Shown piece after piece: positions 1-56,164 of a DNA stretch of 64,000 bases. Source of the DNA: Thalia democratica (lineage: Eukaryota); NCBI GenBank assembly GCA_965202585.1, contig OZ241833.1:22134001-22198000 (forward strand), in the 5' to 3' direction. Within the stretch, counting starts at the first letter, position 1. Every line of letters begins with the position of its first letter. The notes beneath the pieces were generated by a model. That model did not search any database. It was not told the DNA's origin and saw only the letters and a list, made by a program, of their open reading frames with translations. A program made the translations under genes and the position numbers.

Positions 1-1772
1 TAAACACAGTAGTTTTTATTATTTTTTGCATGCGTTATAAATTGCATATTCGAATATTCAAATTTGTTTACCTTATGAGAAAAGCTTAAACCTTTTTTTT
101 CCAATTTAAAATGGATAACATAACCGATTTAAACTCAAAAACTCTAAAGTATAGGTAAAATTTTTCCTATAAATTTTCTTATCAAACATTTGTGATGTTT
201 AACAAACTAAATTTTTTTTTTTCATTCTATTCTTAGATTAAAAAAAATTAGGTAGTAAAAAAGCAACTAACTAAAGATAATATTTTTCTAGCATTAAGAT
301 AAAATATGAAGAATTGATGTAAACAAAAATAAACTTTTGCTCATTCTTACAGTGAATGTTAATTAAAAAGTGGGATTTTAAATAAGTTAATACCTTACAA
401 AAAAGACTTGTTGATATATTTTGTCTCAAAGAGTATTTGCTTGTAATATTAATACATTTGTTGTATGCTTAGAAAAAACAAAGTAAACTTTTAGTTGAAA
501 AATAAACTTTTTTAAGCGCAAATGTAGTCGAAGAAGTAGATTTATCAGAGTTTATTTCTTTCTTACATGTATTTGTTAGATAAAATTTTAACTTTAGTTG
601 AAAAAAAATTAAATATTGTGTTTAACTATTTAAACAACTTTAAGATCAACTCGTATCTGATTAATTGTTATGGTTTTTAATTGACAAACTAAAGTATGAT
701 AGAGTTTACGTTTTTTATTTCTGAGTAAAAACATTTTTAAATGTTGTGTTTGCAGTTTTATACTATTGCACAAGCTTTTTAATATTTGACATTTAAAAAC
801 TACTATATAACTTATTTTCAAAAAGTCTGTCGGTATACTAAAAATTACCTATGTAGAAGTTTTTTTTTTTGATATAATTAAATTATTTTTGTAAAATTTT
901 TAGTATTTATTTAACCCAATAAAACATATTTTTAATAGTTTTAAGTTTATTGGTACTTGAGCCTACAATCTGTATGTGGCAAGCTTATCAACATATGTAC
1001 TTCCTGTTTATAAGAGTGCTTAAAAATTTATCACAATTGAATTAACACTAATAATAAATTAAGGCTATTAAGTTTATAAAAACAATCAATTAATATTTAG
1101 TTTTTAAAGTAAATATTAAAAAAAAAACTGCGAAGTAAAATATCTACTAATAAATATAATGTGTTTTTAGCAGTAGAACACGAGCAATTAAAGTGGTTCA
1201 AAGAAATAATAAAATGATTAAAAAAATATATATAAAGGTAAGTGCAACATAATCAAATTCTTAAAAACTAAACATGTATAGTGTATTTAAGAAACAAATT
1301 TAGCAACAATACAAAATACTTTTACAACGCGTCTAAGCTTTTGTCCCATTGTGATCTTAAAATAGTTCAATATATGTTTTCATAGCATCCAATAATGCGT
1401 AACAGCTTTAATAAAGTTTAAATAGGTGTCAGATAATTCTTTTTGCTTTAACAAATGTTTGAAACAACATTTCATACAACATACTCTTTTGTACCATAAC
1501 GTTATGTAATAGTATTAGTTTATTTCTATAAAAAGATAATCTTAATAAGTGTAACTCTAATTTTCGTAAACAGATAAAAAAGTTTAAATTTTTTTCATAT
1601 ATTCATATTAAGCACTATTAATGATTAGCTTTTTTATCAAAAAAAAGCTATTTAAGATTGAACAATGATTAATGAACTAAATTCTAAAATATTAAAAGTT
1701 GCATGAACTAAGGGATATACAAACACTAAAGAAACTTGTTATGTTAAATAAGGCAGTACATATGTTTTTAAA

Positions 1773-2383
1773 GGTCAGCTGTTAAATTTGCACGAACGTA
1801 CAAAATTGCACGAACGTACAAAATTGCACGAGGGCACAAAATTGCACGAAGATACTTTTGCACGAAGACACTTTTTCACGAGGGGATTAAATTGCACGAA
1901 AAGACAATTTTGCACGGAGACATTTTTGCACGGGTTGATTTTTTTACTGTTACCCCTAACCTTTACCCTCGGTCGGTAATTTAATATTTTTTATTAATTA
2001 ATTTTAATTTGTTTTTTTTTAATTAATTATTTTTTCTATAACTGTTGCTCCTAACCCTTACCTTCAGTCGGTTTTTTTTTTCATTTTTATTCAATTTGTT
2101 TTGATTTATTGGTTTTTTATAAATAATAACTTTTATTAGTTATTTTTTTATTTTTATTATCACTTCACCCCTAACCCTTACCCTCGGTCAGTAATTAAAA
2201 AAAAAAATCTTTTATTTGTTTATTTATCTTTTAGTTTTATTTTTCTGTTTTTTTTTACTCTCGTGAAAAAATGACCTTCCGTGAAAATTGACCCTTGGTG
2301 CAAATTTGTCTTCGTGCAAAAGTATCTTCGTGCATTTTAGTAACCTCGTGCAAATTTGTCTTCGTGCAATTTTGACCCGTTCC
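1773..2383. mobile_element. Foldback/MULE-like MITE with subterminal (A)AATTGCACGA tandem repeats
   Basis: Arrays of aaattgcacga at 1785-1933 are mirrored by tcgtgcaa arrays at 2260-2375. Termini are GG...CC, with a near-duplicated flank (tgtttttaaa / tgttttaaaa) and three internal CCCCTAACCCTTACCCTCGGTCGG modules. Confidence 0.8.
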
Positions 2384-3183
2384 TGTTTTAAAATGTTTGT
2401 TACGCTAAAAAAACGTACAGCCAGCAAAACAATTATTTAAGCAACGTTTATATTTTTTTGTTTTTGCAGTTATTTATAATTGTTGAGTCATTCTTCGACC
2501 CCAACTGGGCCCGAAACTAAAACTGAAATTTTTTTTTAGAGTTTTTTGTCGAAAATTAGAGTTATGAAAACCAAGACTCTGATGAGTTTGGAGACCTACT
2601 GTGTGATCTGCACAAATAATTATTCCTAGTGGTTGTGATTTATTTCTTTGAGAGTTACAAGTGTAGGTTAATATATAAAAAATTGTGCATTCCTTTATTA
2701 GAAAGCTTAAGTAGAGTTTTCAACTTGAATTATCTAATTTACAGTTTGTTTTTTGTAGCTATATATAACAGTAACTGAATTTATTCCTTTTAAAGATTTA
2801 ATTATTAAATCACTTTTCTATAACAAACAACAAAAAAAAAAAACAAGTACAACGCTTTTAAAATAATTGTGAAGTATATTTTAAAGACAAAATAGCATAA
2901 CCGTAGAAATTTAATACGTAAAACCAGGCTTTTTTATCTAAGAAGCTAATGAAATAAAATTGCTTTGCAGCAACGACTTCGTTTAAAGTTCTGACACTGT
3001 TTGTTATAAACCGAAAATAACAATAATATACGTTGTTCTAAAATTTAAAATTTAACATATAAAATCTGCTTAATTTCCATTTGGCTAAGTTACAGCAAAA
3101 TCATGTAAACACACTTTCGCAAGTACCAGCAAAAACTTATTTGTACATTTTGTCAAACAAACACCCTAGTAATTTGCATCAAT

Positions 3184-3189
3184 TTTATT
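3184..3189 (-). terminator. Candidate polyadenylation signal of the kinase gene
   Basis: AATAAA on the minus strand about 30 nt after the TAA stop. Such hexamers are common in AT-rich DNA. Confidence 0.4.
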
Positions 3190-3218
3190 TATTTACTCTC
3201 TTCAACACCACACGGTGG

Positions 3219-6200
3219 TTAAAAAATTTCGCTTTGAAAGCTGCAGCTCGACTTGGCCAGGAACGGATGCCTCCTGATCTCCTCCGCACCCGGCCGCGCC
3301 TCCTCCTTCTCGTGCAGCATCTTCGTCAGCAGATCCCTCACCTTACCTCTTGCCCTGCCGTACGCGGGCCTGCACCGGACGATGTCCTCGGTCGAGTCGA
3401 ACGGGTAGAGCTTCTCGACGAGAAAGTAGAGGACCTGGCCGAGGCACCACAGGTCCAGGGTCCTGCCGCGGTACCGCTTGCTTGTGAAGTACTCGGGCGG
3501 GAACTGCTGCTCCGTGCCGCACAGCTGAGTGAAGTCTTCCGCCTGGTTAGTTGGATTGTCATTTGTTAATCGTGTTTTTTTTCTACACAACTTTTTAACG
3601 GAGTCTAAAATCATGTTTTGTTAATTCTAAGTACAGTGCTTTTACACTTATCCGGACGCTCACTTATCCGGACAGTTTTGGTCAGAAGAAAATTCAAAAA
3701 ATTTACAATATTAAACACTAAAATTTTTGTATGGTACAAATGTTTAAGCTTATCATTGGTGTCAGCTAGAAGCAACGCTAGAAAAAGTATCACAACTTAT
3801 TAAACTCCGTGAGTTTTCTGCTGAAAAACGTGAAAAATCTATAAAATAAAACTTCTATTCTTTCTTAGCTTAGTAAAACTTCCCATAAAAACTAGTTTGT
3901 TAAGAGTGATATTTTCCCATTAAATTGACTTAAAACTTAGTCAAAGTTTTTAGGTTGTCTTTATGTCTGTTTTTCTTTCTTTGTTTCAAAGTCTTTTTTT
4001 TTTAGAGCGATAGGTTTATAAATTTTTTTGTTTTTAAAGTATTTTATTTATATTTTCGCTTTTACAAAATTAATCTTTTTTTAAAACTAATAGTTAGAGC
4101 AGGCGGAACTACACATGATGAGTTTTACTTGCTTGACCCACAAAAACGTATATCGTTGAGGAGGGTTAGTAAATCTAACGTTTTTCTACCTTAAAAAAAT
4201 AGTTAACCTAAAACTAAGCTTATAAAATTTGTAATTTTATTATATATTACTCGTTTTTCTATGTACTTTCTTATACCATAAAACTTTTATTATGCATTGC
4301 ATTATATGCAGCTGTTATATTTTTGTATGAAAAAAAATATTTTTTGTACTTATCCGGAATTTTGGTTATCCGGACATGTTTACAGAAAAATCTTGCCCAA
4401 CGTGTCCGGATAAGTTAGCACTGTACTAACTTAAACAAATGATTAAAAGTCGTACAAAAAATAAATTAGAAACATTGCATTAACAATTTTTAGCTAACAG
4501 ATTTATTAAAGTTTTGTCTATGAATTCTTTAAAATTAAAAAAAAAAAATGTTTTTACTTCATACTTTACGACATAAAAATGCATGAATAATATTATTTTT
4601 ATCATGTTTACATTTTGGAAAGTAAAAAACAGACACTTATATTGCTCTACTACATTATGTTTAAAGTTTTTTATGTAAACAACTGTTGTTCCTATCAAGT
4701 AGTAGTATAAAAACCTGGTCGTTTGCAGCACACCCGAAATCGATCAACTTTACTTCTTTTGTTGATTTATTGATTAGAATGTTCTCTGCTTTTATATCAC
4801 GATGAATTATTTTGCCTTCATGCAGTTTCTCAATAGAACTGAGTATCTGCACAACAAAACATGTTGATATGTTTTACTAAATACAGTTATTGTAACTACT
4901 TTTGAATAACAACTAATTGCAATCGAACTTACTTGCAAAAAAATGTGTTTGATCTCATCCATGGGAATTTTGTTTTTTTTGTTGATGTAGTCATGAAGAC
5001 ATATTGACTGGCAGTTCCTTTCCATTACCAGGATGAAGTTTTCCCGATCTTTGCTGAAGTCTAAAGGCTTGACCACAGCTTTTTAAATATAATATAACTA
5101 AGAATTTGTAAAACTGAAACAATAATATCTTACTAAACTTTATTTTTTGTTTTTAAAGATATTGGTTAATTAAAAAAAAAGGTATAGTAAAAGAAAGGGT
5201 AAAAGTTCACATTTAAACTGGCAGAAAATTATTTGTTATTTTTTCAGTATTTTTTAAAACAACTAAACTTCTATGAAATTAAACACACTAATATTTTAGT
5301 TATTAAGATACAAGAAGTGAAGTTTTTGTAAGTTGGTTCTGCAAAAACTAGATAAAAAGAAATTCGATTATTATTTTGTAATCTAGTCACTTGTAAGTTT
5401 TAACAGGATTGTGTATAGCCCGAAAAAAGTCGAAATTAAATGCTTCTTCAAACTTATTAAAGTAATTGCATAATAAAAAAAACATTAAGTTCTCTTAGTT
5501 ACAAACAAACTTTTGCTTATTTGTGATGCAAGGTACTGATGGACAAACTCCTGAGGAACCTGGTTCCCCTGAAATTCAACTAAATTTCCGCTGAATTTCT
5601 TCGGAATTTTCTTTATTGCTACCGGCAGACCGTCTTTTCTTACTCCTTTGAATTTAATTTTTTCAAGCTTTTTTTTTTTTTAATTATATATCTAAATGAG
5701 AATCCAATGTATGAAAACATGAAAACTAAGAATATGAAACTTGAGCTTTTGTAATTAATTTTATAAGAAACTGTTTTTAATTTCAGTATGTCGATAGAGT
5801 ACTTCCTGTTAAAATAAAACAATTTCACTGTCAGATACTTAAATCTTTAGACTTTTAGGATAATTCAAAACGTTGTGTAAAATATCAAAAACTAAATCTT
5901 TTTTACTTTAACTTTACTTTGTGTTAATTTTTAAATTGTTATTTCTGTGCTCTAATTTACTTTTATTCTAAATATCTTAAGCCCTAATTAGTGTATTTAA
6001 ACTTCTTACACTAATTTTGTTGTCTTAGAGTTTTTTACAAGTATACTGGACTAGTGGCATTTTTTACGTACAAAGTTATTTTTATACGTTATCAAGTATA
6101 AAAATCGTAAGTACAGATACAGTTTGTTTTACCTCTGAAAACTTTCCCAAAGCCTCCTTCTCCAAGCTTTCTTTTTAATTCCCTGTATTTTCTGGAAAAC

Positions 6201-6598
6201 CTTGTTTTAGTGATACAAATAGCTTTTCTGACTTTGAAAACTTTCTTTCGTTTTTTCCTTCTTCTTTTAGTAGTCTTAATAATTTTTTTGGTAGTTTTCT
6301 TGTTTGTTGGAAAGTCGTTCTTGAAAACTGTTATGAAATGAATATCTCTGTCGTTCAATACAATCGAGGCTGCTGTAGGAGACAGACATTTGTCTTTTTT
6401 TATAGCATCTACAGTACTTTCTACTGGATCTAGAAACTTATTATATTTTGGCGCATCATTTTTTAGAGCTTTGTTGTTCTTGATTTTACTCTTTGGAGTC
6501 TTTTTTAGGAACTTTTTTCTTAACCTTTTACTTTTCACTGTGCGTTTCAAACCTTTTCTGGCCTTTTTAGCCGGCTTGTGTACTTCGAAAACAACCAT
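3219..6598 (-). CDS. PIM-family-like Ser/Thr protein kinase with basic N-terminal extension (5 exons, 400 aa)
   Basis: Exons 6133-6598, 5511-5645, 4933-5078, 4715-4846 and 3219-3542 are GT-AG, in phase, and total 1203 nt. Motifs: [24 protein letters not shown] (alphaC Glu), [43 protein letters not shown]. The overall order resembles PIM kinases (LPVAIK, VPMEV, FVLILER, HRDIKDENILI). Confidence 0.85.
3634..4423. mobile_element. Tc1/pogo (Tigger-like) MITE in kinase intron 4
   Basis: TA|CAGTGCT...ACTTATCCGGAC at the left, GTCCGGATAAGTTAGCACTG|TA at the right. TA TSD and repeated TTATCCGGA subterminal units. Confidence 0.85.
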
Positions 6599-6951
6599 TA
6601 TTTTATATAACACACTACCTGTGCTCGAAAAAGCTCAAGCTAAGGACTAACTTAAAAACAAACAATTTGAAAAATGTTTAAAAATAATAAAGGTTTCTAT
6701 TTTAGCGGCTTATGAAACGTCACAAAAGTTAATAATTTTTTTTAGTAAAAACTATGTAAAAATTACAGATTTCTGTAAAAAATATTTCAAATCTTCCAAA
6801 GTACTGTCAAGAAACTTGGCTCTACTTTTTTACTTAATATACAAAGCGAAATTAACTTGAGATTCTTTTTTATAGAAAGTCAATATTTTTAATGCTTAAA
6901 ACACTTTTTATTAATGCTTTCAAATCAGCATCAAATAGTATATGCAAAATT

Positions 6952-7140
6952 GGTATACTTTCAAAATCCACCCGCGTTCAAAATCCACCCGATTTTCTTA
7001 TATATTTTCTTTATTTATTAATATGTTTTATATAAATTTATTAATTTAATTTTCACTATCACTGTTACCCCTAACCCTTACCCTCGATCGGTAAGCGGTT
7101 CTCGAATTTGACTGGGTCGGGTGGATTTTGAACGTGTCCC
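6952..7140. mobile_element. 189-bp MITE with perfect 8-bp TSD (GCAAAATT), about 350 bp upstream of the kinase ATG
   Basis: TTCAAAATCCACCCG (twice, left) is inverted as CGGGTGGATTTTGAA (right). Flanks 6944-6951 and 7141-7148 are identical. One CCCCTAACCCTTACCCTCG module inside. Confidence 0.85.
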
Positions 7141-7224
7141 GCAAAATTAACTTTAGTTTAAAGCACAATGGAAAATACATTTATACAAGATATAAAAAAG
7201 TATAATGTTTATTGAACGACAAAA

Positions 7225-7335
7225 AAAAACGCTCAAAAGGTTTGGTCTGAGGACCCGGTGAACAAAAAACCTTTCGGTTATCGAGTCATACACCAGAACA
7301 GTTTAAGGTCATGCCCAGGACAAAGAACCCACTAT
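7225..7335. repeat. Dispersed repeat fragment (also at about 27541-27590 and inverted at about 28920-28985)
   Basis: AAAAAACCTTTCGGTTATCGAG recurs at about 27550. AAAACGCTCAAAA..TTTGGTCT.AGGACC.GGTG recurs inverted at about 28945-28985. Confidence 0.6.
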
Positions 7336-10265
7336 AAAAATAATTAACGATAATTAGTATAATTTTGTTAAAAAACTTTAATGGATTGAAAATACAGTAG
7401 CCTAAAAAAGAAGTATTTTACAATATTTATATACCTTAAATAGTTTACAAAAGCTTTTAAAGTTTATATTGAAACTAACTTTTTACTTAGGTAATAAAAA
7501 ATTATTAAAAGTATTTGCCAGATAGATAGTTAAATGTTTTTTAGCTAAAAGAACATTTTTCAAAAATCAATAAAGCTAACAAGCATGTTATGAACATTTT
7601 ACTATGTTCAAAAAAAAGAACCATGGAAACATATTTTTAAACATATATAGTTTGAAAACTTACCATAGAAAACTTAAATTAAGTATTTTTAGTTTAGTTG
7701 ATAAATAATTTAAGCTAATAATTCATCAAAAAACTTTTAAAGTCTTATACATTGATTGCAAACCAATGAGGTTAGTTTTTAGTTGTTTATTTATCTATTA
7801 ATGGTAAAATAATCACTCCTATAAGTTGATAAAAAAACAAGGTCTAAATTGTTTTTCACAAAAAATTGCAATTGAAAAAGAACATTTATAAGTTGACACA
7901 CTGCGAGTAGCAACAGTGTGATTGAGTGTAGTTCTTATGCATTAAAAATTGTAACAAAAATTCCTTTTTAACTTTAATTATACATGAATATACTTACATC
8001 TACAAGTCTACTTTTAGTTTAAGATATGTAACTTTTTCAATGTTAGAAACTTTTTTATCAATCTTTTAATAAAAAAAGCTTTTTATTTTAATTGGAAAAA
8101 GTATTAAAATTTTTTGAGAAAATTTTAAACTGAGATTATTATGAACTAGCTTTAGTTGAACTACATACCAAAAATACTAATTGAAAATATAAAAGTTTAT
8201 AAGGTTAATGTATTTGTAAAGTAATTTTTTTCCAAAGCTGAACCATATTAAAACCTTTTAGCATTGAAATGTTTTACACAGGTTAAAAAAGTAGATTTAT
8301 AGATGTAGATATTCATATATCTTTAAAGTAATGTTTGTTACAATTGTTAATGCATAACAACTCTGCCACATAAATTAAAATTTGCTACTTGCAATTTATC
8401 AACTTAAAAATTTTGTTTTTCAATTGAAACTTCTGAGTCTATATGAGTTATTATTTTCTAATGGCTGTAGTCCTACTAACTTAAAACCAATTTTTTATTT
8501 CTTAGTTGGTTTGGAAAACAGCTTTTTTAGTTCTTAAAATGCATTTATTTTTCGTTTTTCTAAACTTTAAAATTAGTTTTATTTAAAAATTGTTTAAGTA
8601 TGCTTTATTAGGACAGTTTTACTAACTATGCCTCAAATTTTCTATAACTATGATTAAGTTAAACTTTTTTTCAATTTTAAAAACATTGATTTTTTAAGCA
8701 GCTGTACGTAAAAATAACAAAGTTATGTCATTTTTTACCATATACTTTAAAAAAATCTTCTTAGTTATTAGTTTAAGGCAAGGTTTTTTATTAGCATACA
8801 ATGTGATACACCAGTAGTTAAAGCCTAATAACAAATTATTTATTTATCTTTAAATTATAGATTACATAAAACTAAGTATTATATTTTTTTAGTATATTAA
8901 AAACATGAGTTTTAATCAAAAGTTCAAATTAGTACATAAACAATTTTCAAAAATCTAGTAGTTTTAAAATTATTCTAAAGTTTTTAAAAATTTTAGCAGC
9001 TTTTATCTGTGAAAACGATTTTCAAATAATCTTTTCTTAAAGTTAGTATTATCTCTTACTTTACTTTTTTTCTAAATTAAGTTAAGTTTAATCCAATAAC
9101 AAAATATTTTTATATAGATTAAAAAAAAAACAACTAACTATGATAACTATTTTTTTTTGATTTCAACAAAAAACAAAAGTATGAAAAATACAAAATTACT
9201 TGTTTAAAAACTGTTTTAAAACAAGTTCCTATCTATATGTATTATGAAGTTTCAGTTTCTTTTTATTCTAGTCTATGTAATTAAAATTTAAATATCTATT
9301 TGTTTTAAAATTTAACCTAAGTAATGATTTATTTTACGAATTTGATAAAATGTTTTTAATTTTAAATATATCGATCACGTTCAACTTATTTACAACTAGT
9401 CATAAGAATATGTTAGAAATTAAACGACTTTGTGAAACTTACTATACAGTTAAACTATATCGAACTTTAAAAAATTGACTACTGCTACAGTAGTATAATT
9501 TAAAGTAAAACAAAAGATTGCTTGTTTTGATTTTATTACACAGTAAGATATGAATAAAGAAGTTAAAATATCAAAAAAATATAGAACTGAGCAAGCACCA
9601 TGCAGAGCATACAAATTGACATAAAATACTAAAAATTATCAACTTAACTCTCACTACTTCAAGCTGGTTTCAGGAATGATTATAAACAGAATAGCAGCAT
9701 AAAATTATGTATTCTTTTTTGATCTACATTTTATAAAATCTAGTAGTAAAAATTAACTGATAGAAAGAAAATTTGAGCACATGATTACTAAAGGATTTTA
9801 GATTTATATTTTTAGTATTAATGTGTGTATTATATGCTGTTAGTGTTTTATCAAAATATGTATTAGTAGTTCATAGGTTATTTTTATCAAATTTTATTAA
9901 AAATAAAATCTAACAGTTTTTTTTAATTGAACAAAACTACTTAAATTGATTTTTTGATATCAGCTGATGTATAAGTACAGTAAATTATGTTAAAAAAAAA
10001 TTAAAATAGACTTTTATTTAGCTGAAAAAAAGTAGCCGATTTTATATTTATTATTAATTTTAGCTTGTTATCAGTAGTTTTAAAAGCTTACAGAAATTCC
10101 TATTGAGCATGTACGTATAAAAACAAGTTGAGAAGTAACTGAAAATTGCACAATTAAACAACAATTAATCAAAGTTAAGTTTTACTCAAAATAGACGGGT
10201 AAAAAAAACCGATTAGCTAAATGCTTTAATTTTTTATTATTAATTGTTGTTTTAAAACATTTTTC

Positions 10266-10271
10266 TTTATT
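10266..10271 (-). terminator. Candidate polyadenylation signal of the long KIF1 isoform
   Basis: AATAAA on the minus strand about 245 nt downstream of the TGA at 10516-10518. It is not the only candidate. Confidence 0.3.
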
Positions 10272-10515
10272 GATTAAAAAACAACTTAAAATAGTTTCAT
10301 GCAATAAAATACCTTGATAATTGAAGAGCTAAAAGTTTATGTTGATTTTTGATCTTAAAAAAGTTTTCCAAAAATTAATCTGTAATTTATTTGAAACACA
10401 TACTACTATATGTTAAAACAAGTTCAAACAACAGTAGTAAGTTCAGATATAGAGCGAACTAGTATTGCACTCAAAAATGTAACATTAAAGGTTTTTGCCA
10501 GTAATTTATAGTCCT

Positions 10516-53991
<43,476 letters not shown>

Positions 53992-55611
53992 AAATGTAAT
54001 AAAGTATTGTTATAATTTATAAACCTAGACTTTTAAGTTTAACATTCTGAAAAAAAAATATTTAAAAATGCAAATTTAGTCCAATACATCATGGTACTTC
54101 TAATTACTTTTTAAGTACTTATACACAATTTACCTTGTTTTTGAAATAATATGTACATAAGAGCTACATAGTACCTAAATATTAAACAAACTAAAACTTC
54201 ACTATAAATGTAAAATGTTTCCAAGGTTTGAAAATACACAAATATTTCATTAATTTTGAAAAAAAAATTTCAATAAAAGAAAAGATCTTAAAGTTACAAG
54301 TTTGTGATTGACTGATTGTAATACAGTTAAAAGCAAAAAATAAGTCTTTTATACATCTACTTTTAAACATGCTAAATATTATAAGAAATAATAATAATAA
54401 ATATTAGAATAATAATAATAAATAAATAACAATAAAATTCTAATAAATAAGAGTTAAAAAAGTTAATTAACAAAATATTTCAAAAAATAAATAAGTTAAT
54501 TTAAATGTATATATTTAGGCTAAGTGATAATATTTGACTATTTATGACCTGAAGGTTAGTTAAAATAATTTTCATTTTTACAGTTATATTAGTTAATGTA
54601 TTCAAACCATGATTTTCCAACCCCATTTTTATAATTTCCCTTTAACAGAAACTTAAAGGTAATTTGCACCCCTTTATTAAACGTTGCCTTTTTCAGGTAA
54701 TCACCAATTTGCCTTTTTTTTTCTTTTAAAAGTTATTCCGTAAAGGGGACATTATCAATTCACTTTATGAGACCCTGATTAAAATGTACTATATCTAAAA
54801 CAAAAAACTTTGATAATAATATCATTTATTTATCGAACTTAAGCTAAAAAATATCACAAGTCTTTACAATCAGTGTAAAGTTAAATCTAGTATAAGCATT
54901 ATACTTAATTCATTATAAAGTGTTTTTGTGGTACTTACTAAATTTGTAAACTTTTTTAGCTGAAAACTCAATAGTTTGCTGTATTTATAAGTACCCTAAT
55001 GAGGGTATACTGAGTTTTTGTACTATACCATTTAAGCTTAAATAAATATCACTTGTGAAATTAAAATATATTATCCAAATAAAGTTAAACACTGGTTTTG
55101 TTTTTATCAAAACTTTAAAACACTTATAATTGAAGATACATTAAAAAACCAAAGCTAGCTACTTTGCTCTTATCTTTTTACCTATTTAGTAAAAACACTG
55201 TGTGTTAATAAAAGTTTGCAATAAGCACTTTTATGTTTTAAACTTATAACATTAAGTGATAAATAGTTTCATTCACATTGATATAAACAATTCATTATTT
55301 ATCGGGAAAACAAGTCATTTTTGACTTTTATTATTATTATGACTTTATGAATGTCATTGACATGATAGATTGACAAAGGTAGATATGTAAAATATAAGAT
55401 TGAAAAAAAAATAATTTTTCTTAAGGTAATTTGAGTAAAGGATATTCCAACAACTAAGTTTAAACAAAACAGAATATTATAACAAAATTATGTTTTCATT
55501 ACTACATATAAATTAAAAAACAAATTTGAATTTTTTAAAAGTCTAACTCTTATGTTTAGTTTTGTATAAATTTTGATACCAAGTTTTGTACAAAATTTGT
55601 AGTATTGACTT

Positions 55612-55751
55612 TGGTGGGTCAATCACTTCACTTGCGGGCCAGTAATTTTCATTTTTTGGCCAGATTTCTTTGGCCGGATTCCTTTAAAATTTAAAAAACG
55701 CTTAGGCGCCTGTCAATTTGACTCTGCTCTGATTTACGTTGACCACCCCTA
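55612..55751. mobile_element. Degraded hAT-like fragment
   Basis: GC-rich island ending TTGACCACCCCTA, with an imperfect inverted GGTGGGTCAA near the start and GCGGGCC inside. Confidence 0.4.
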
Positions 55752-56164
55752 CTCTAAGGTATAACATTCAGTATAACATATTTTAATTTTCCTACATGAT
55801 TTCCAAATACTAAATCCATTGATTTTTAAACCCTAAAGTTACACAACTATATGTTGCATGTTTAACTATAAGCCAATGAAATATAAGTAAACTTATTTAG
55901 TTTGTAGTAAGCTTAAAATATAAAAAAAAGTTTCTTCCTAGAATAAATGCAACATTGCTTTTTTAGGAAGCCATTGATATTGTATGTTAAGTTGGTAAAG
56001 ATATCAACACTTCTTTTTAGAGGACAGCTGCACTGCAGTTTTATATATATAGTTATTTATTTTGTTTTTTTGGTGAGTTTAGTTTTTATTTCAAACGAGG
56101 AGGTAGAATTAAAGGTGATGACAAATTGCTTGCCTGACCTTAAAAAATGTTTATGGCTGTAGAG

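Noticed and set aside
1788-2427. Repetitive ORFs (LHERTK repeats) at 1788-1979 and 2224-2427
   Set aside because: They are translations of MITE subterminal tandem repeats. The units lack unique spacers of regular length, so this is not a CRISPR array either.
3081-3569. 162-aa plus-strand ORF, and similar antisense ORFs at 6390-6650, 11482-11689, 15680-16078 and 50935-51174
   Set aside because: All are antisense shadows of real minus-strand exons.
7340-10260. 3-kb stretch between the kinase and the KIF1 3' end
   Set aside because: It is uniformly AT-rich, with no ORF, exon-like island or structured repeat that I can support. It is probably 3'UTR plus intergenic DNA.
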